In this document: positions 10,273 through 19,271 of the stretch, piece by piece
Position numbering within the stretch: the stretch's first letter is position 1
Layout of the letters: every line of letters starts with the position of its first letter
From: Candidatus Spongiisociaceae bacterium
GTDB lineage: Bacteria > Actinomycetota > Acidimicrobiia > Spongiisociales > Spongiisociaceae
DNA: 64,000 nucleotides
Direction: 5' to 3'
Assembly: GCA_965219685.1 (NCBI GenBank)
Contig: CBDCOH010000002.1
Coordinates: 352,001 to 416,000 of the forward strand
Translations under genes and position numbers: made by a program
Notes under the pieces: generated by a model
Databases searched by the model: none
What the model was told of the DNA's origin: nothing
What the model saw: the letters and a program-made list of their open reading frames with translations, nothing else

Positions 10273-10273
10273 C

Positions 10274-10345
10274 TAACTCTTGACGGTACTCGACCACCGA
10301 GTTAGGACCCGGCTGCGATGAGCGAGCTGTGGTAAGTCGTTCACC
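10274..10345. repeat. Conserved ~72-bp non-coding core, copy 1 (homolog at 32307-32381)
   Basis: Manual alignment gives 57/72 identical, including a perfect TGTGGTAAGTCGTTCACC. Confidence 0.85.
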
Positions 10346-10376
10346 TGCAACCTTGCCAACCTGCAACCTGCAACCG
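10344..10376. repeat. Short C-rich heptamer array (CCTGCAA)n
   Basis: cctgcaa ccttgccaa cctgcaa cctgcaa cc. Confidence 0.8.
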
Positions 10377-10447
10377 ATATCCGAGGGGTTGTCATATGGC
10401 TCATAGTGAAGTTAAGATGGGTTAAGAGTGCGCGAAAGGTTGTAGTC

Positions 10448-10621
10448 ATGACAGTGACCGAGGGATTGATGGACGCCAAGGACGAACCCCGCCAGGCAGA
10501 AGTCCGTACGGACATCGCTGAGGCGCTGCTCGCTATCGAGAAACGGTTCGCTTCTCAGACCAAGTGGATCGTCGGTGTGGGCCTGGCCATGACAGCCATC
10601 ATCATCGCGGTGCTCAGGTGA
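10448..10621 (+). CDS. Small coiled-coil protein with C-terminal TM helix; paralog of 7218-7409
   Basis: MTVTE...VRTDIAEALLAIEKRFASQTKWIVG...IAVLR; upstream TTGTCA-18-TAAGAT promoter-like sequence. Confidence 0.72.
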   Translation: MTVTEGLMDAKDEPRQAEVRTDIAEALLAIEKRFASQTKWIVGVGLAMTAIIIAVLR

Positions 10622-10664
10622 CCGTGGTCGCCGAGGGCCGCAGCCGAGAACACATGCACAGATA

Positions 10665-10713
10665 ACCGGACCACGGGTACCGGCAACCGGTAGCCGGCAA
10701 CCGGCAACCGGCC
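10665..10713. repeat. Degenerate C-rich heptamer array (ACCGGCA)n
   Basis: accggac cacgggt accggca accggta gccggca accggca accggcc; ends just before the TACCCT -10 of rpe. Confidence 0.85.
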
Positions 10714-10727
10714 ATTACCCTACGAAC

Positions 10728-11420
10728 GTGATACGACCGGTCCGCATCGCCGCTTCGATCCTCGCTGCCGACTTCGCCCGTCTCGGCGAGGAGGTGGCCC
10801 GGGTCGAGCCTCACCTTGACCTGCTCCACGTCGACGTCATGGACGGCCACTTCGTGCCCAATATCTCCTTGGGGATCCCGGTCATAAGGTCGCTACGGGC
10901 TGTGTCCGGCCTGCCGTTCGACTGCCACCTGATGATCGCCAATCCGGAGAACTTCGTCGAGGCTCTGCACGGAGCGGGCGCCACCGGGATCACCGTGCAC
11001 ATGGAGGCGGTGCCGGATCCCACCGGGGTGGCGCGGATGGCTCGAGAGGTGGGTCTCGGGTTCGGGGTCGTGATCAATCCGGCAACTCCATTCGAGACGA
11101 TGGACCCCTTCCTGGAACTGTGCGACATCGTGCTGGTCATGTCCGTCGAACCCGGGTTCGGGGGACAGGGATTCATCTCGTCCGTCCTTGCCAAGGTCGA
11201 AGCTGCCCGCAAGGAGATCGACGACCGGGGCCTAGATGTGGACTTGGAGATTGACGGCGGGATCGGTCCGGAGACTATCGGCGCGGCCCGGAGTGCCGGC
11301 GCGGACGTGTTCGTGGCCGGGACCGCAATCTTCGGGCGCCCCGATCCGGTCGCGGCCATCGCCGAACTCAGAGACATGGCGTCGTCCGGGGATCGGCCGG
11401 TCGCGGGAGGTGCGGAGTGA
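10728..11420 (+). CDS. rpe: Ribulose-phosphate 3-epimerase
   Basis: [39 protein letters not shown]. Confidence 0.97.
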   Translation: MIRPVRIAASILAADFARLGEEVARVEPHLDLLHVDVMDGHFVPNISLGIPVIRSLRAVSGLPFDCHLMIANPENFVEALHGAGATGITVHMEAVPDPTGVARMAREVGLGFGVVINPATPFETMDPFLELCDIVLVMSVEPGFGGQGFISSVLAKVEAARKEIDDRGLDVDLEIDGGIGPETIGAARSAGADVFVAGTAIFGRPDPVAAIAELRDMASSGDRPVAGGAE

Positions 11421-12859
11421 AAGCGGACTGGTCGGACGATGAGCGCCGCTGGATGATCCGGGCGATCGAGTTGGCGCGCTCCCAGCGCACCCATCCCAAC
11501 CCGAGGGTTGGCTGCGTGATCGTCGATGACCGGGGCGAAGTAGTGGGGGAAGGCGTTCATCGGGGGGTCGGAACCCGGCACGCCGAGCAGGAGGCCTTGA
11601 GCGAGGCGGGGACCGCCGCCCGTGGAGGCACCGCCGTCGTCTCCCTCGAACCCTGCTCGCACTTCGGCCGGACCCCGCCCTGCGCCCAGGCATTGGTCGC
11701 AGCCGGCATCGTCCGGGTGGTGGCGGCTACCCACGATCCGGACCGGAGGGTGCGCGGACGGGGCTTTGGCATGCTCGAGGAGGCCGGCGTCGAGACGGCG
11801 GTGGGACTGCTGAACCGGGAGGCGATAGAACTCGACCCCGCCTACCACCATCACCGACGATCCGGCCGACCCTACGTTCGGATGGTGCACACCGGAGGAC
11901 TCGAAGCGGTGGACGCGGCTGTCCTCTCCGACCTTGCCGAACTCCAAGCCGACTTGGACGTGATGGTTACCGGTGCGGAACTGGATCCTCACGAGACCGG
12001 CGGCCGGGCGATGAGGGACCGCCTGACGAGGCTGGGGGAGCAGGGGCTCATCTATGTAGGGGTTCGGTACGACGGCCTGATGCGCGGGCTCGGCCGGGAG
12101 GGACTGGTCGATGTGGCGACCGTCTACTCCACCACACCCGCGCTCGCGCCGCATGCCGGAGGTGCGGACGGAGCGTTCCGCCGTGTCGGTGAGCGGGCGG
12201 TCGGCTCCTGCTACCGCATCGATCTCGAAGTTGTGGAACCGCGCCCGAAAGGACCGGTCCGGCGAGGCGCCGAGGCGCGAATCCCCACCCGCCACGGTCT
12301 GTTCAAGGCTGTCGGGTATGAGTCGGTCGCCGACGGTCGGCAGCATGTTGCCCTCGTGCGAGGGGAACTCGGGTCGGCTCCGTTGGTGAGGGTCCACTCC
12401 GAGTGCCTGACCGGCGATGTCTTCGGGAGCCTCCGTTGTGACTGCGGCTTCCAGCTGGACGAGGCTCTGAGCCGAATCGGTGGGGAAGGCGCCGGTTTGG
12501 TGCTCTACATGCGGGGCCATGAGGGACGGGGCATAGGTCTGATCCACAAACTGGCGGCCTACGCGCTGCAGGAACGCGGGCGCGACACGGTCCAGGCGAA
12601 CCTGGATCTCGGCTTTCCGGAGGACGGGCGCGACTACGGGATCGCGGCGGGAATCCTGAAGGATCTCGGGGTTAGGGAACTGCGCCTCCTTACCAACAAT
12701 CCGGCCAAGCGGGCGGGTATGGAGGAGAACGGCCTGCGGATCGTCGAGCGCATCCCTCTGGTCACGGGTGAGAACGATCACAACCGGACCTATCTCCGCA
12801 CCAAGGTGTCGAAGCTGGGTCATCTGATCGACTTGGAGGACGGGTTCCCCGACGGGTGA
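11417..12859 (+). CDS. Fusion of RibD deaminase, a shortened reductase-like region and GTP cyclohydrolase II (RibA)
   Basis: [22 protein letters not shown] at the N-terminus; [39 protein letters not shown] at the C-terminus. Confidence 0.9.
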   Translation: MKADWSDDERRWMIRAIELARSQRTHPNPRVGCVIVDDRGEVVGEGVHRGVGTRHAEQEALSEAGTAARGGTAVVSLEPCSHFGRTPPCAQALVAAGIVRVVAATHDPDRRVRGRGFGMLEEAGVETAVGLLNREAIELDPAYHHHRRSGRPYVRMVHTGGLEAVDAAVLSDLAELQADLDVMVTGAELDPHETGGRAMRDRLTRLGEQGLIYVGVRYDGLMRGLGREGLVDVATVYSTTPALAPHAGGADGAFRRVGERAVGSCYRIDLEVVEPRPKGPVRRGAEARIPTRHGLFKAVGYESVADGRQHVALVRGELGSAPLVRVHSECLTGDVFGSLRCDCGFQLDEALSRIGGEGAGLVLYMRGHEGRGIGLIHKLAAYALQERGRDTVQANLDLGFPEDGRDYGIAAGILKDLGVRELRLLTNNPAKRAGMEENGLRIVERIPLVTGENDHNRTYLRTKVSKLGHLIDLEDGFPDG

Positions 12860-12908
12860 CCACCCCGCGGCGGCAGGAGACGTGGCTGATCGATGATTAT
12901 TCACCTCC

Positions 12909-13159
12909 TATAATGAGCGTCACAACGAGAAGAAGAGGAAGCCGGCTGCTTCCCACCCGGCCACCGGAGTAGCAGCGCCGAGGGAGTCGCGATGCCCCTC
13001 GGTCACCGAGTGTGCCGCGGTAAAGCGCCCTCGACACGTCGTGTCGTAACGGGGAGATTGAAGCCCGGAAAGGGCGTTCGTTACCGCAGCCGGTGGCTGC
13101 GTCACTATCGGCTCGAGTCGATATCGCACGACCAGACCGACGAGCAAAAGGAGATCCAT
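12909..13159 (+). promoter_or_regulatory. TATAAT promoter and long 5' leader resembling the L20 ribosomal-protein leader
   Basis: TATAAT at 12909; GAAGC-cggct-GCTTC-CCACC hairpin like the L20 leader 5' motif; precedes infC-rpmI-rplT. Confidence 0.55.
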
Positions 13160-13717
13160 ATCGCCAAGCTACGAGTGAACGACGAGATTCGCGCCACCGA
13201 GGTGAGGGTGGTTGCGCCCGACGGGTCCCAAGTCGGGGTCAAGCCTCTCAGAGAGGCCAAGTGGTTAGCCGACCAGTTGGGCCTTGACCTGGTCGAGGTG
13301 GCGCCCGGGGCCAAACCGCCCGTGGCCCGGCTGATGGACTACGGGAAGTACAAGTACGAGCAGTCCGTCAAGGAGCGTGAGGCACGCAAGAAGCAGTCGC
13401 GCAGCACCGTCAAGGAAATCTCGTTCCGGGTCAAGATCGGGAACCACGACTACCTGATCAAGCGGAACCGGGCGAAGCGATTCCTCGAAAACGGAGATCG
13501 GGTGCGGGTTAGGGTCTGGCTTCGAGGTCGGGAAGCCACCCGCCCGCAGCTCGGTCTCGCCATCCTCAATCGGCTCAGTGAAGACCTCGAGGAGGTGGCG
13601 AAGATCGAGCAGGATCCCAAGATCGAAGGTCGGAACATGACCATGGCGTTCGCGCCGCTCAAGAGGCCGACCCGGCGCTCCACTGACGGAAACTCGGGTA
13701 GCAAGTACGAGGTTTAG
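13160..13717 (+). CDS. infC: Translation initiation factor IF-3 with non-canonical ATC start
   Basis: RVNDEIRATEVR, LDLVEV, MDYGKYKYE; AAGGAG RBS 6 nt before in-frame ATC at 13160. Confidence 0.93.
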   Translation: MAKLRVNDEIRATEVRVVAPDGSQVGVKPLREAKWLADQLGLDLVEVAPGAKPPVARLMDYGKYKYEQSVKEREARKKQSRSTVKEISFRVKIGNHDYLIKRNRAKRFLENGDRVRVRVWLRGREATRPQLGLAILNRLSEDLEEVAKIEQDPKIEGRNMTMAFAPLKRPTRRSTDGNSGSKYEV

Positions 13718-13725
13718 GACAGAAC

Positions 13726-13920
13726 ATGCCGAAGATGAAGACACACAAGGGCACCGCCAAGCGCATCAAGGTGACCGGCTCAGGCCGCCTGAGAAGGCGT
13801 CAGTCACACCGCGGGCATCTCCGCCTGGCCAAAGGGAAGGACAGCTACCGGCGGCTCAAGGGGGAGGCGGATCTCGCAAAGGGCGATGAGAAGCGGGCCA
13901 AGCGCCTGCTCGGGATGTAG
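13726..13920 (+). CDS. rpmI: 50S ribosomal protein L35
   Basis: MPKMKTHKGTAKRIKVTGSG. Confidence 0.97.
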   Translation: MPKMKTHKGTAKRIKVTGSGRLRRRQSHRGHLRLAKGKDSYRRLKGEADLAKGDEKRAKRLLGM

Positions 13921-13932
13921 AGGCAGGCCGCT

Positions 13933-14289
13933 ATGGCACGTGTAAAGCGTTCTTCGAATTCCCGCTCCAGGCACCGCAAGGTGCTGGGAAGAGCCAAGGG
14001 GTACCGCGGCGCCAAGAGCCGGAGCTACCGGGCCGCGAACGAACAGGTGATGAAGTCCATGCAGTACGCGTACCGGGATCGCCGGGCGCGCAAGGGCGAG
14101 TTCCGGCGGCTCTGGATCACCCGTATAAACGCGGCCGCCCGGGAGAACGGCACGACCTATTCGAGGTTGATCGCCGGACTCAAGGCGGTGGACTTCCAAG
14201 TGGATCGCAAGATGCTGGCCGATATCGCGGTTAACGACCCCGACACCTTCCGGCAGATCGTCGAGATGGCCGGCGCCGATCAGGCGTGA
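13933..14289 (+). CDS. rplT: 50S ribosomal protein L20
   Basis: MARVKR...[23 protein letters not shown]. Confidence 0.98.
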   Translation: MARVKRSSNSRSRHRKVLGRAKGYRGAKSRSYRAANEQVMKSMQYAYRDRRARKGEFRRLWITRINAAARENGTTYSRLIAGLKAVDFQVDRKMLADIAVNDPDTFRQIVEMAGADQA

Positions 14290-14333
14290 GCGCGGGTCAG
14301 CGGCGACCGCAGTCCGCAGGCCTTGGTGGGTCG

Positions 14334-15353
14334 ATGGATCTCCGGCGCATCGCTCGGATCGTCGATACGGCGCTGGAACGGATTGCCGGGGCGTCGGACC
14401 TTTCCGAGCTGTCGGTCATCGACACGGAGGTGGTCGGGCGCAGGTCCCAGATCAGCATGGCGAGGCGGGGCATCGGTGCGCTCGATCCGAGCCGCCGGAA
14501 GGATGCCGGTCGGGCAATCAACCAGGCGATCCAATCTCTCAAGGAGGCAATCGAGCAGCGGAGGGTCACCCTTGAGATCGAGGCGGAGGATCTCCTGCTC
14601 GAGCAGGATCGGGTGGATGTGACCCTGCCCTACGGCCGCCCGGCCAGAGGCACCCACCATTTGCTGACCGTCACCATGAACGAGGTTTGCGACATCTTCC
14701 GTTGCATCGGCTACCAGGTGGCAGAGGGACCGGAACTGGAGTTGGCCTGGTACAACTTCGATGCTCTGAACACACCGCCCACCCACCCGTCCCGTTTCGA
14801 ATCCGACACGATGTACGTGGAGTCTGCCGATGCTGAGACGCGCAGCGGTGCCGATGAGTTGCTCCTGCGCACGCAGACCTCACCGATGCAGGCTCGTTTC
14901 ATGGAGAAGCATCCCCCTCCTGTCTACGTGGTGGTGCCCGGGAGGGTGTTCCGCACCGACACCTGGGATGCCACTCACTCTCCGGTTTTCCACCAGATCG
15001 AGGGTCTAGCCGTCGATTCGGATATCACGTTCGGAGACCTCAAGGGAACGCTGGCCTACTTCGCCAAGGAGTTCTTCGGCGAGCAGACCCGTACCCGGTT
15101 CGTCCCGCACTTCTTTCCTTTCACGGAGCCATCGGCGGAAATGCTGGTCTGGTTCAACGGGGAGTGGTTGGAGATGCTCGGCTGCGGGATGGTCGATCCG
15201 AACGTGTTCGAGGCGGTGGGCTACGACCCTGCCGAGGTCACCGGGTTCGCCTTCGGGATGGGGGTGGAACGCCTGGCGATGGTCAAGCACTCCATCCGCG
15301 ACATCCGGCACTTTTACGAGAACGATCTGCGAGTGCTCGGGCAGTTCCGATGA
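14334..15353 (+). CDS. pheS: Phenylalanyl-tRNA synthetase alpha subunit
   Basis: NFDALN, LLRTQTSP, DATHSPVFHQIEG, FPFTEPS, GFAFGMGVERLAM. Confidence 0.97.
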   Translation: MDLRRIARIVDTALERIAGASDLSELSVIDTEVVGRRSQISMARRGIGALDPSRRKDAGRAINQAIQSLKEAIEQRRVTLEIEAEDLLLEQDRVDVTLPYGRPARGTHHLLTVTMNEVCDIFRCIGYQVAEGPELELAWYNFDALNTPPTHPSRFESDTMYVESADAETRSGADELLLRTQTSPMQARFMEKHPPPVYVVVPGRVFRTDTWDATHSPVFHQIEGLAVDSDITFGDLKGTLAYFAKEFFGEQTRTRFVPHFFPFTEPSAEMLVWFNGEWLEMLGCGMVDPNVFEAVGYDPAEVTGFAFGMGVERLAMVKHSIRDIRHFYENDLRVLGQFR

Positions 15354-15393
15354 CGAGTCCACGCCTACCGGGCAGGATGGGAGCCGGCTCCGG

Positions 15394-17790
15394 ATGAAGG
15401 TCCCGATCGGCTGGCTGTCCGACTTTCTCGATCTACCCACCAGGGATCCGCACGAACTCGAGCGGATACTGGTCTCGCTCGGTCACGAGGTTGAGTCCAT
15501 CGAGGAGTTCGTCCCCTCTTTCGAAGGTGTGATAGTCGGCCAGGTCGAAGAGGTGGGGCCTCACCCGGCGGCCGACCGCATCCGATTCTGCCGCGTTTAC
15601 GACGGCTCTCTGACCCGCGACGTGGTGTGCGGCGCCTGGAACTTCGAAGCGGGGGCCGTGATCGCATACGCTCGGGTGGGATCCCGCCTCGGCATCGACG
15701 AGGAGCGTCCTGTGGAGGTCGGCAGCCGAGCGATCCGGGGGGTCGTGTCCCACGGCATGATCGCCTCCGCGAGAGAACTGGGGTTGGGCGACGACCACGA
15801 GGGCATCCTGGTTCTCGACGAACTCGGCGCCGCCGGACCGGAGGACGTCGGGAGACCCTTGGAGGAGGTCCTGGAACTCTCGGACGTGGTGCTCGACGTG
15901 AGCATCACTCCGAACCGGGCCGACTGTATGGGGATCAGGGGGCTGGCCCGCGAGCTGGCCGCCTACTGGCAGATTCCCCTCCGGGATGTGAGTCCCGCTG
16001 CGACCCCGGGCCGTAGCGACGCGGACTTCGACGTGTCCATCGAGGATGCGGAGGCCTGCCCGCGATTCGTCGCTCACCAGATCGACGGTGTCAAGGTGGG
16101 TCCCTCACCCCTCTGGATGCAGTTGCGCCTCCTGGCGATCGGGCAGCGTCCGATCTCCAACGTGGTCGATGTCTCCAACTACGTGATGTGGGAGTTGGGC
16201 CACCCGATCCACACCTTCGACGCGGATGCGATCACCGACCGCCACATCATCATCCGGCGGGCCACTGACGGCGAGACCCTGGAAACGCTTGATGGCGCGG
16301 AGCGCACGCTGGTGCAGGGTGACATCCTCGTAACGGACCCGTCGGGTCCGATCGCTCTCGCGGGAGTCATGGGCGGAGCATCGACCGAGGTCTCGGGCGA
16401 GACCACCAACATCCTCGTGGAAGCGGCCAACTGGCATCCTCCCTCCATCCTCTTCACCTCCCACAGGCTCGGCCTCCGTAGCGAGGCCTCGTCCCGGTTC
16501 GAACGAGGTGTGGATCCCAATCTGTCCGCCCTGGCCAACGCCCGGACCGTGGAGTTGATAGTTGCTACCGCCGGGGGTGTTCCGAGGGCTCGGGTGGTGG
16601 ACGCCTACCCCGCTCGCGTCGCTCCGTGGGGAATCCCGCTCACCGCCGGGGATGTGACACGCCTGCTCGGACCTCATCCCTCCTTCGGGGAAGGGCTTGC
16701 CTTGCTACACCGTTTGGGCTTCGGGGTGATCCGGAACGGTGGCAGCGCAGAGGTGACCGTCCCCACGTTCCGTTCCGACGTGACCCGCCCGGCCGACCTG
16801 GCGGAGGAGATCGCCCGCCTCCACGGTTACGACCGTTACCCGGACCTTGTCCGCCACGGTACGAGCGGGAAGCTCACCCCCGTCCAGAGTGCGACCCGTC
16901 GTCTCCGGGAGGTGCTGGTGGGAGCCGGGCTCACCGAAGCGCAGACGCTGAGCTTCCTCGGACAGGCCGATCTCGACGCCCTGCGCCTGCCCGACGACGA
17001 TCCGCGACGGGTCGGCTTGCGCGTGAAGAACCCTTTGCGCGAGGAGGAGGCGATCCTGCGCACGACGCTGCTTCCCGGTCTCGTTGCCGCTGCGGCGCGC
17101 AACGTTGCCCGGGGGGTCAAGGGGGTCCGCCTGTTCGAAACCGGACGGGTGTTCCATCCCTATCCGGATCGGGATGATCCGCGCATACCTCACCAGCCGA
17201 TGCGCCTGGGGATCACGCTGGCCGGGGGTGGCGTGGACGTGTTTGCCGGAACAGGTCTCATAGACCTGCTGGTCCGTGTCACCGGGCATCGTCTGGAGGT
17301 CGTGCAGGATCGGCTGCCCGTCCTCCACCCGGGCAGGGGGGCAACCGTCGTCCGTGATGGATCACCGATCGGAATGGTTGGCGAACTGCACCCCGGGCTG
17401 GCACGGCGGTTCGGGCTGGACGGCCGGGTGGTGGTGGCCGAGTTGGAACTGGATCCGCTCGTATCGGTGGCGGAGGACTGGAAGTTGGACGAGGTGTCGG
17501 CCTACCCGCCACTCGTGTTCGACCTCGCATTCGTGACACGGGAGGAGACACCGGCGGCTCGGCTTCTCGACACGGTGCAGGCGAGCGCGGGCCGGCACCT
17601 GGAGCGGTTGGAGTTGTTCGACGAGTTCCGCGGGGGGGCAATCCCGGCAGGACACCGGAGCTTGGCGGTGCGGGTGATCCTGCGGGCCATGGACCACACC
17701 CTCTCCGATGAGGAGGCGCGCCCGATCCTCAGACGTATCGTGGCCGAGGTCTCGAGTGAACTCGGCGCCGTGCTTCGAGGAAGCACATGA
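15394..17790 (+). CDS. pheT: Phenylalanyl-tRNA synthetase beta subunit
   Basis: VVCGAWN, ITPNRADC, ALAGVMGG, RFERGVD, LRTTLLPGL, FDX-ACB C-terminus. Confidence 0.97.
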   Translation: MKVPIGWLSDFLDLPTRDPHELERILVSLGHEVESIEEFVPSFEGVIVGQVEEVGPHPAADRIRFCRVYDGSLTRDVVCGAWNFEAGAVIAYARVGSRLGIDEERPVEVGSRAIRGVVSHGMIASARELGLGDDHEGILVLDELGAAGPEDVGRPLEEVLELSDVVLDVSITPNRADCMGIRGLARELAAYWQIPLRDVSPAATPGRSDADFDVSIEDAEACPRFVAHQIDGVKVGPSPLWMQLRLLAIGQRPISNVVDVSNYVMWELGHPIHTFDADAITDRHIIIRRATDGETLETLDGAERTLVQGDILVTDPSGPIALAGVMGGASTEVSGETTNILVEAANWHPPSILFTSHRLGLRSEASSRFERGVDPNLSALANARTVELIVATAGGVPRARVVDAYPARVAPWGIPLTAGDVTRLLGPHPSFGEGLALLHRLGFGVIRNGGSAEVTVPTFRSDVTRPADLAEEIARLHGYDRYPDLVRHGTSGKLTPVQSATRRLREVLVGAGLTEAQTLSFLGQADLDALRLPDDDPRRVGLRVKNPLREEEAILRTTLLPGLVAAAARNVARGVKGVRLFETGRVFHPYPDRDDPRIPHQPMRLGITLAGGGVDVFAGTGLIDLLVRVTGHRLEVVQDRLPVLHPGRGATVVRDGSPIGMVGELHPGLARRFGLDGRVVVAELELDPLVSVAEDWKLDEVSAYPPLVFDLAFVTREETPAARLLDTVQASAGRHLERLELFDEFRGGAIPAGHRSLAVRVILRAMDHTLSDEEARPILRRIVAEVSSELGAVLRGST

Positions 17791-18671
17791 ACGATTTCCT
17801 CGGGATGCTGGACACCGGTGCGGACGTTCTCGCCCGTCTGGTGGACGCGGCGTCGCGGATCAAACAGGATCGGCGCCTGCATCGGACGGCCCTGGCCGGA
17901 AGGCGCATAGGGCTGTTCTTCGAGAAGCCATCGACACGGACCCGCGTTTCCAGCGAGGTCGCCGCGGTCGAAATGGGCGCCTTCCCGGTTGTCCTGGGTC
18001 AGCAGGAGGTGGGGCTGGGCACGCGCGAGGCGGTACGGGATGTGGCGCGGGTTCTGGACCGCTACCTTGATCTGCTGGCGCTGCGGGTGTCCGACCACGC
18101 GGTCCTGGTCGAGATAGCCCAGTATGCACATGCTCCGGTCGTGAACCTCCTGTCCGACCTGGAGCATCCGTGCCAAGCGGTTGCCGATCTGCAGACCATC
18201 GCCGAGCATCGCCCCCTGGACGAGGTAGTGGTAGCCTATGTGGGGGACGGCAACAATGTTTGCCATAGCCTCATGGCCGGGGTGGCAATGCTCGGAGGAG
18301 ACATGAGGGTGGTGTGCCCTCCCGGGTTCGAGCCGCAGGAGCAGTTCATCAGGCGCGGAGGGGACAGGTTGACGGTGTCGTCCGATCCCGGAGCTGTTGA
18401 GGGCGCCGACGTGGTCTACACGGACGTCTGGGCTTCCATGGGCCAGGAGTCCGAGGCGCGGGAGCGGGCAGAGGCCTTCGCCGCCTACCGGGTGGACCGG
18501 GCGATGTTCGGGCTGGCCCGGGCCGACGCCATCTTCCTCCACTGCCTCCCGGCCCACCGCGGGGAGGAGGTCACGGACGAGGTGATCGATCATCCCGGAT
18601 CCCGGGTCTTCGACCAAGCGGAGAACCGCCTCCACGCGATGAAGGCGATCCTGCTCGAACTCCTGGGTTGA
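17787..18671 (+). CDS. argF: Ornithine carbamoyltransferase
   Basis: FEKPSTRTR, HPCQ, YTDVWASMG, FLHCLPAHRG, DQAENRLH. Confidence 0.96.
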   Translation: MNDFLGMLDTGADVLARLVDAASRIKQDRRLHRTALAGRRIGLFFEKPSTRTRVSSEVAAVEMGAFPVVLGQQEVGLGTREAVRDVARVLDRYLDLLALRVSDHAVLVEIAQYAHAPVVNLLSDLEHPCQAVADLQTIAEHRPLDEVVVAYVGDGNNVCHSLMAGVAMLGGDMRVVCPPGFEPQEQFIRRGGDRLTVSSDPGAVEGADVVYTDVWASMGQESEARERAEAFAAYRVDRAMFGLARADAIFLHCLPAHRGEEVTDEVIDHPGSRVFDQAENRLHAMKAILLELLG

Positions 18672-19213
18672 TGGCGCCCGACCTGTCGGGCCCGGTCGAG
18701 ATCGTGGCCCGCCGGCTCCTCGGTCATCGTATCGTCACCGAGTTCGAAGACCGCACGGTGGTCGTGATAGACGAGGTCGAGGCCTACGGGGGCGTGGACG
18801 ATCCCGCCTCACATGCGTACCGCGGACCAACGGCCCGCAACTCCTCGATGTTCGGTCCTGCGGGCACCCTGTACGTATACCGGTCGTACGGGATCCATTG
18901 GTGCGCAAATGTGGCCACGGGACCGGGCGGCCAGGGGCAAGCGGTCCTGATCAGGGGAGGGAAGGTTGTCGAAGGCGAGCCGACCGTCGTCCGGCGCCGC
19001 GGCCGCACCGACCATCTGGCGGACGGTCCCGGCAAACTCACTCAGGCCCTCGGAATCACCGGAGACCACGACGGGACTTCGTTCTTCGGCGGACCCGTGC
19101 GACTCGAGCCGGGCCTCGTGCCGGATCCTGCGGCGATACGTGCCACACCCCGGGTTGGCATCACGCGCGAAGTCGAGCGTCTGTGGAGGTTTGTGGTGGT
19201 TGGAGATTGGTGA
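18671..19213 (+). CDS. mpg: 3-methyladenine DNA glycosylase (AAG/MPG family)
   Basis: EVEAY, DPASHA, YVYRSYGIHWCAN, AVLIRG, GPGKLTQALGI. Confidence 0.93.
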   Translation: MAPDLSGPVEIVARRLLGHRIVTEFEDRTVVVIDEVEAYGGVDDPASHAYRGPTARNSSMFGPAGTLYVYRSYGIHWCANVATGPGGQGQAVLIRGGKVVEGEPTVVRRRGRTDHLADGPGKLTQALGITGDHDGTSFFGGPVRLEPGLVPDPAAIRATPRVGITREVERLWRFVVVGDW

Positions 19214-19245
19214 ATGGTGGCTGGTAGAAGCTGGTGGCTGGGGCA
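19194..19245. repeat. Degenerate G-rich heptamer array (TGGnnnn)
   Basis: tggtggt tggagat tggtgaa tggtggc tggtaga ... tggtggc tggggca; contains the mpg stop. Confidence 0.7.
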
Positions 19246-19271
19246 CTCGAAGCCGAAGCTAATCTGAACCT

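Noticed and set aside
10270-10310. Integron attC site (TAAC...GTTA inverted repeat in the core)
   Set aside because: Only ~32 bp separate the arms, the RYYYAAC/GTTRRRY match is imperfect, the second copy has GCTA, and there is no intI.
7069-10713. Diversity-generating retroelement or retron link to the arrays
   Set aside because: No reverse transcriptase, Avd-like gene or TR/VR pair with adenine-specific differences in this window.
10811-12904. Long antisense ORFs (also 42630-44705, 27355-28788 and 36644-37717)
   Set aside because: Shadow frames typical of high-GC coding DNA overlapping well-supported genes.
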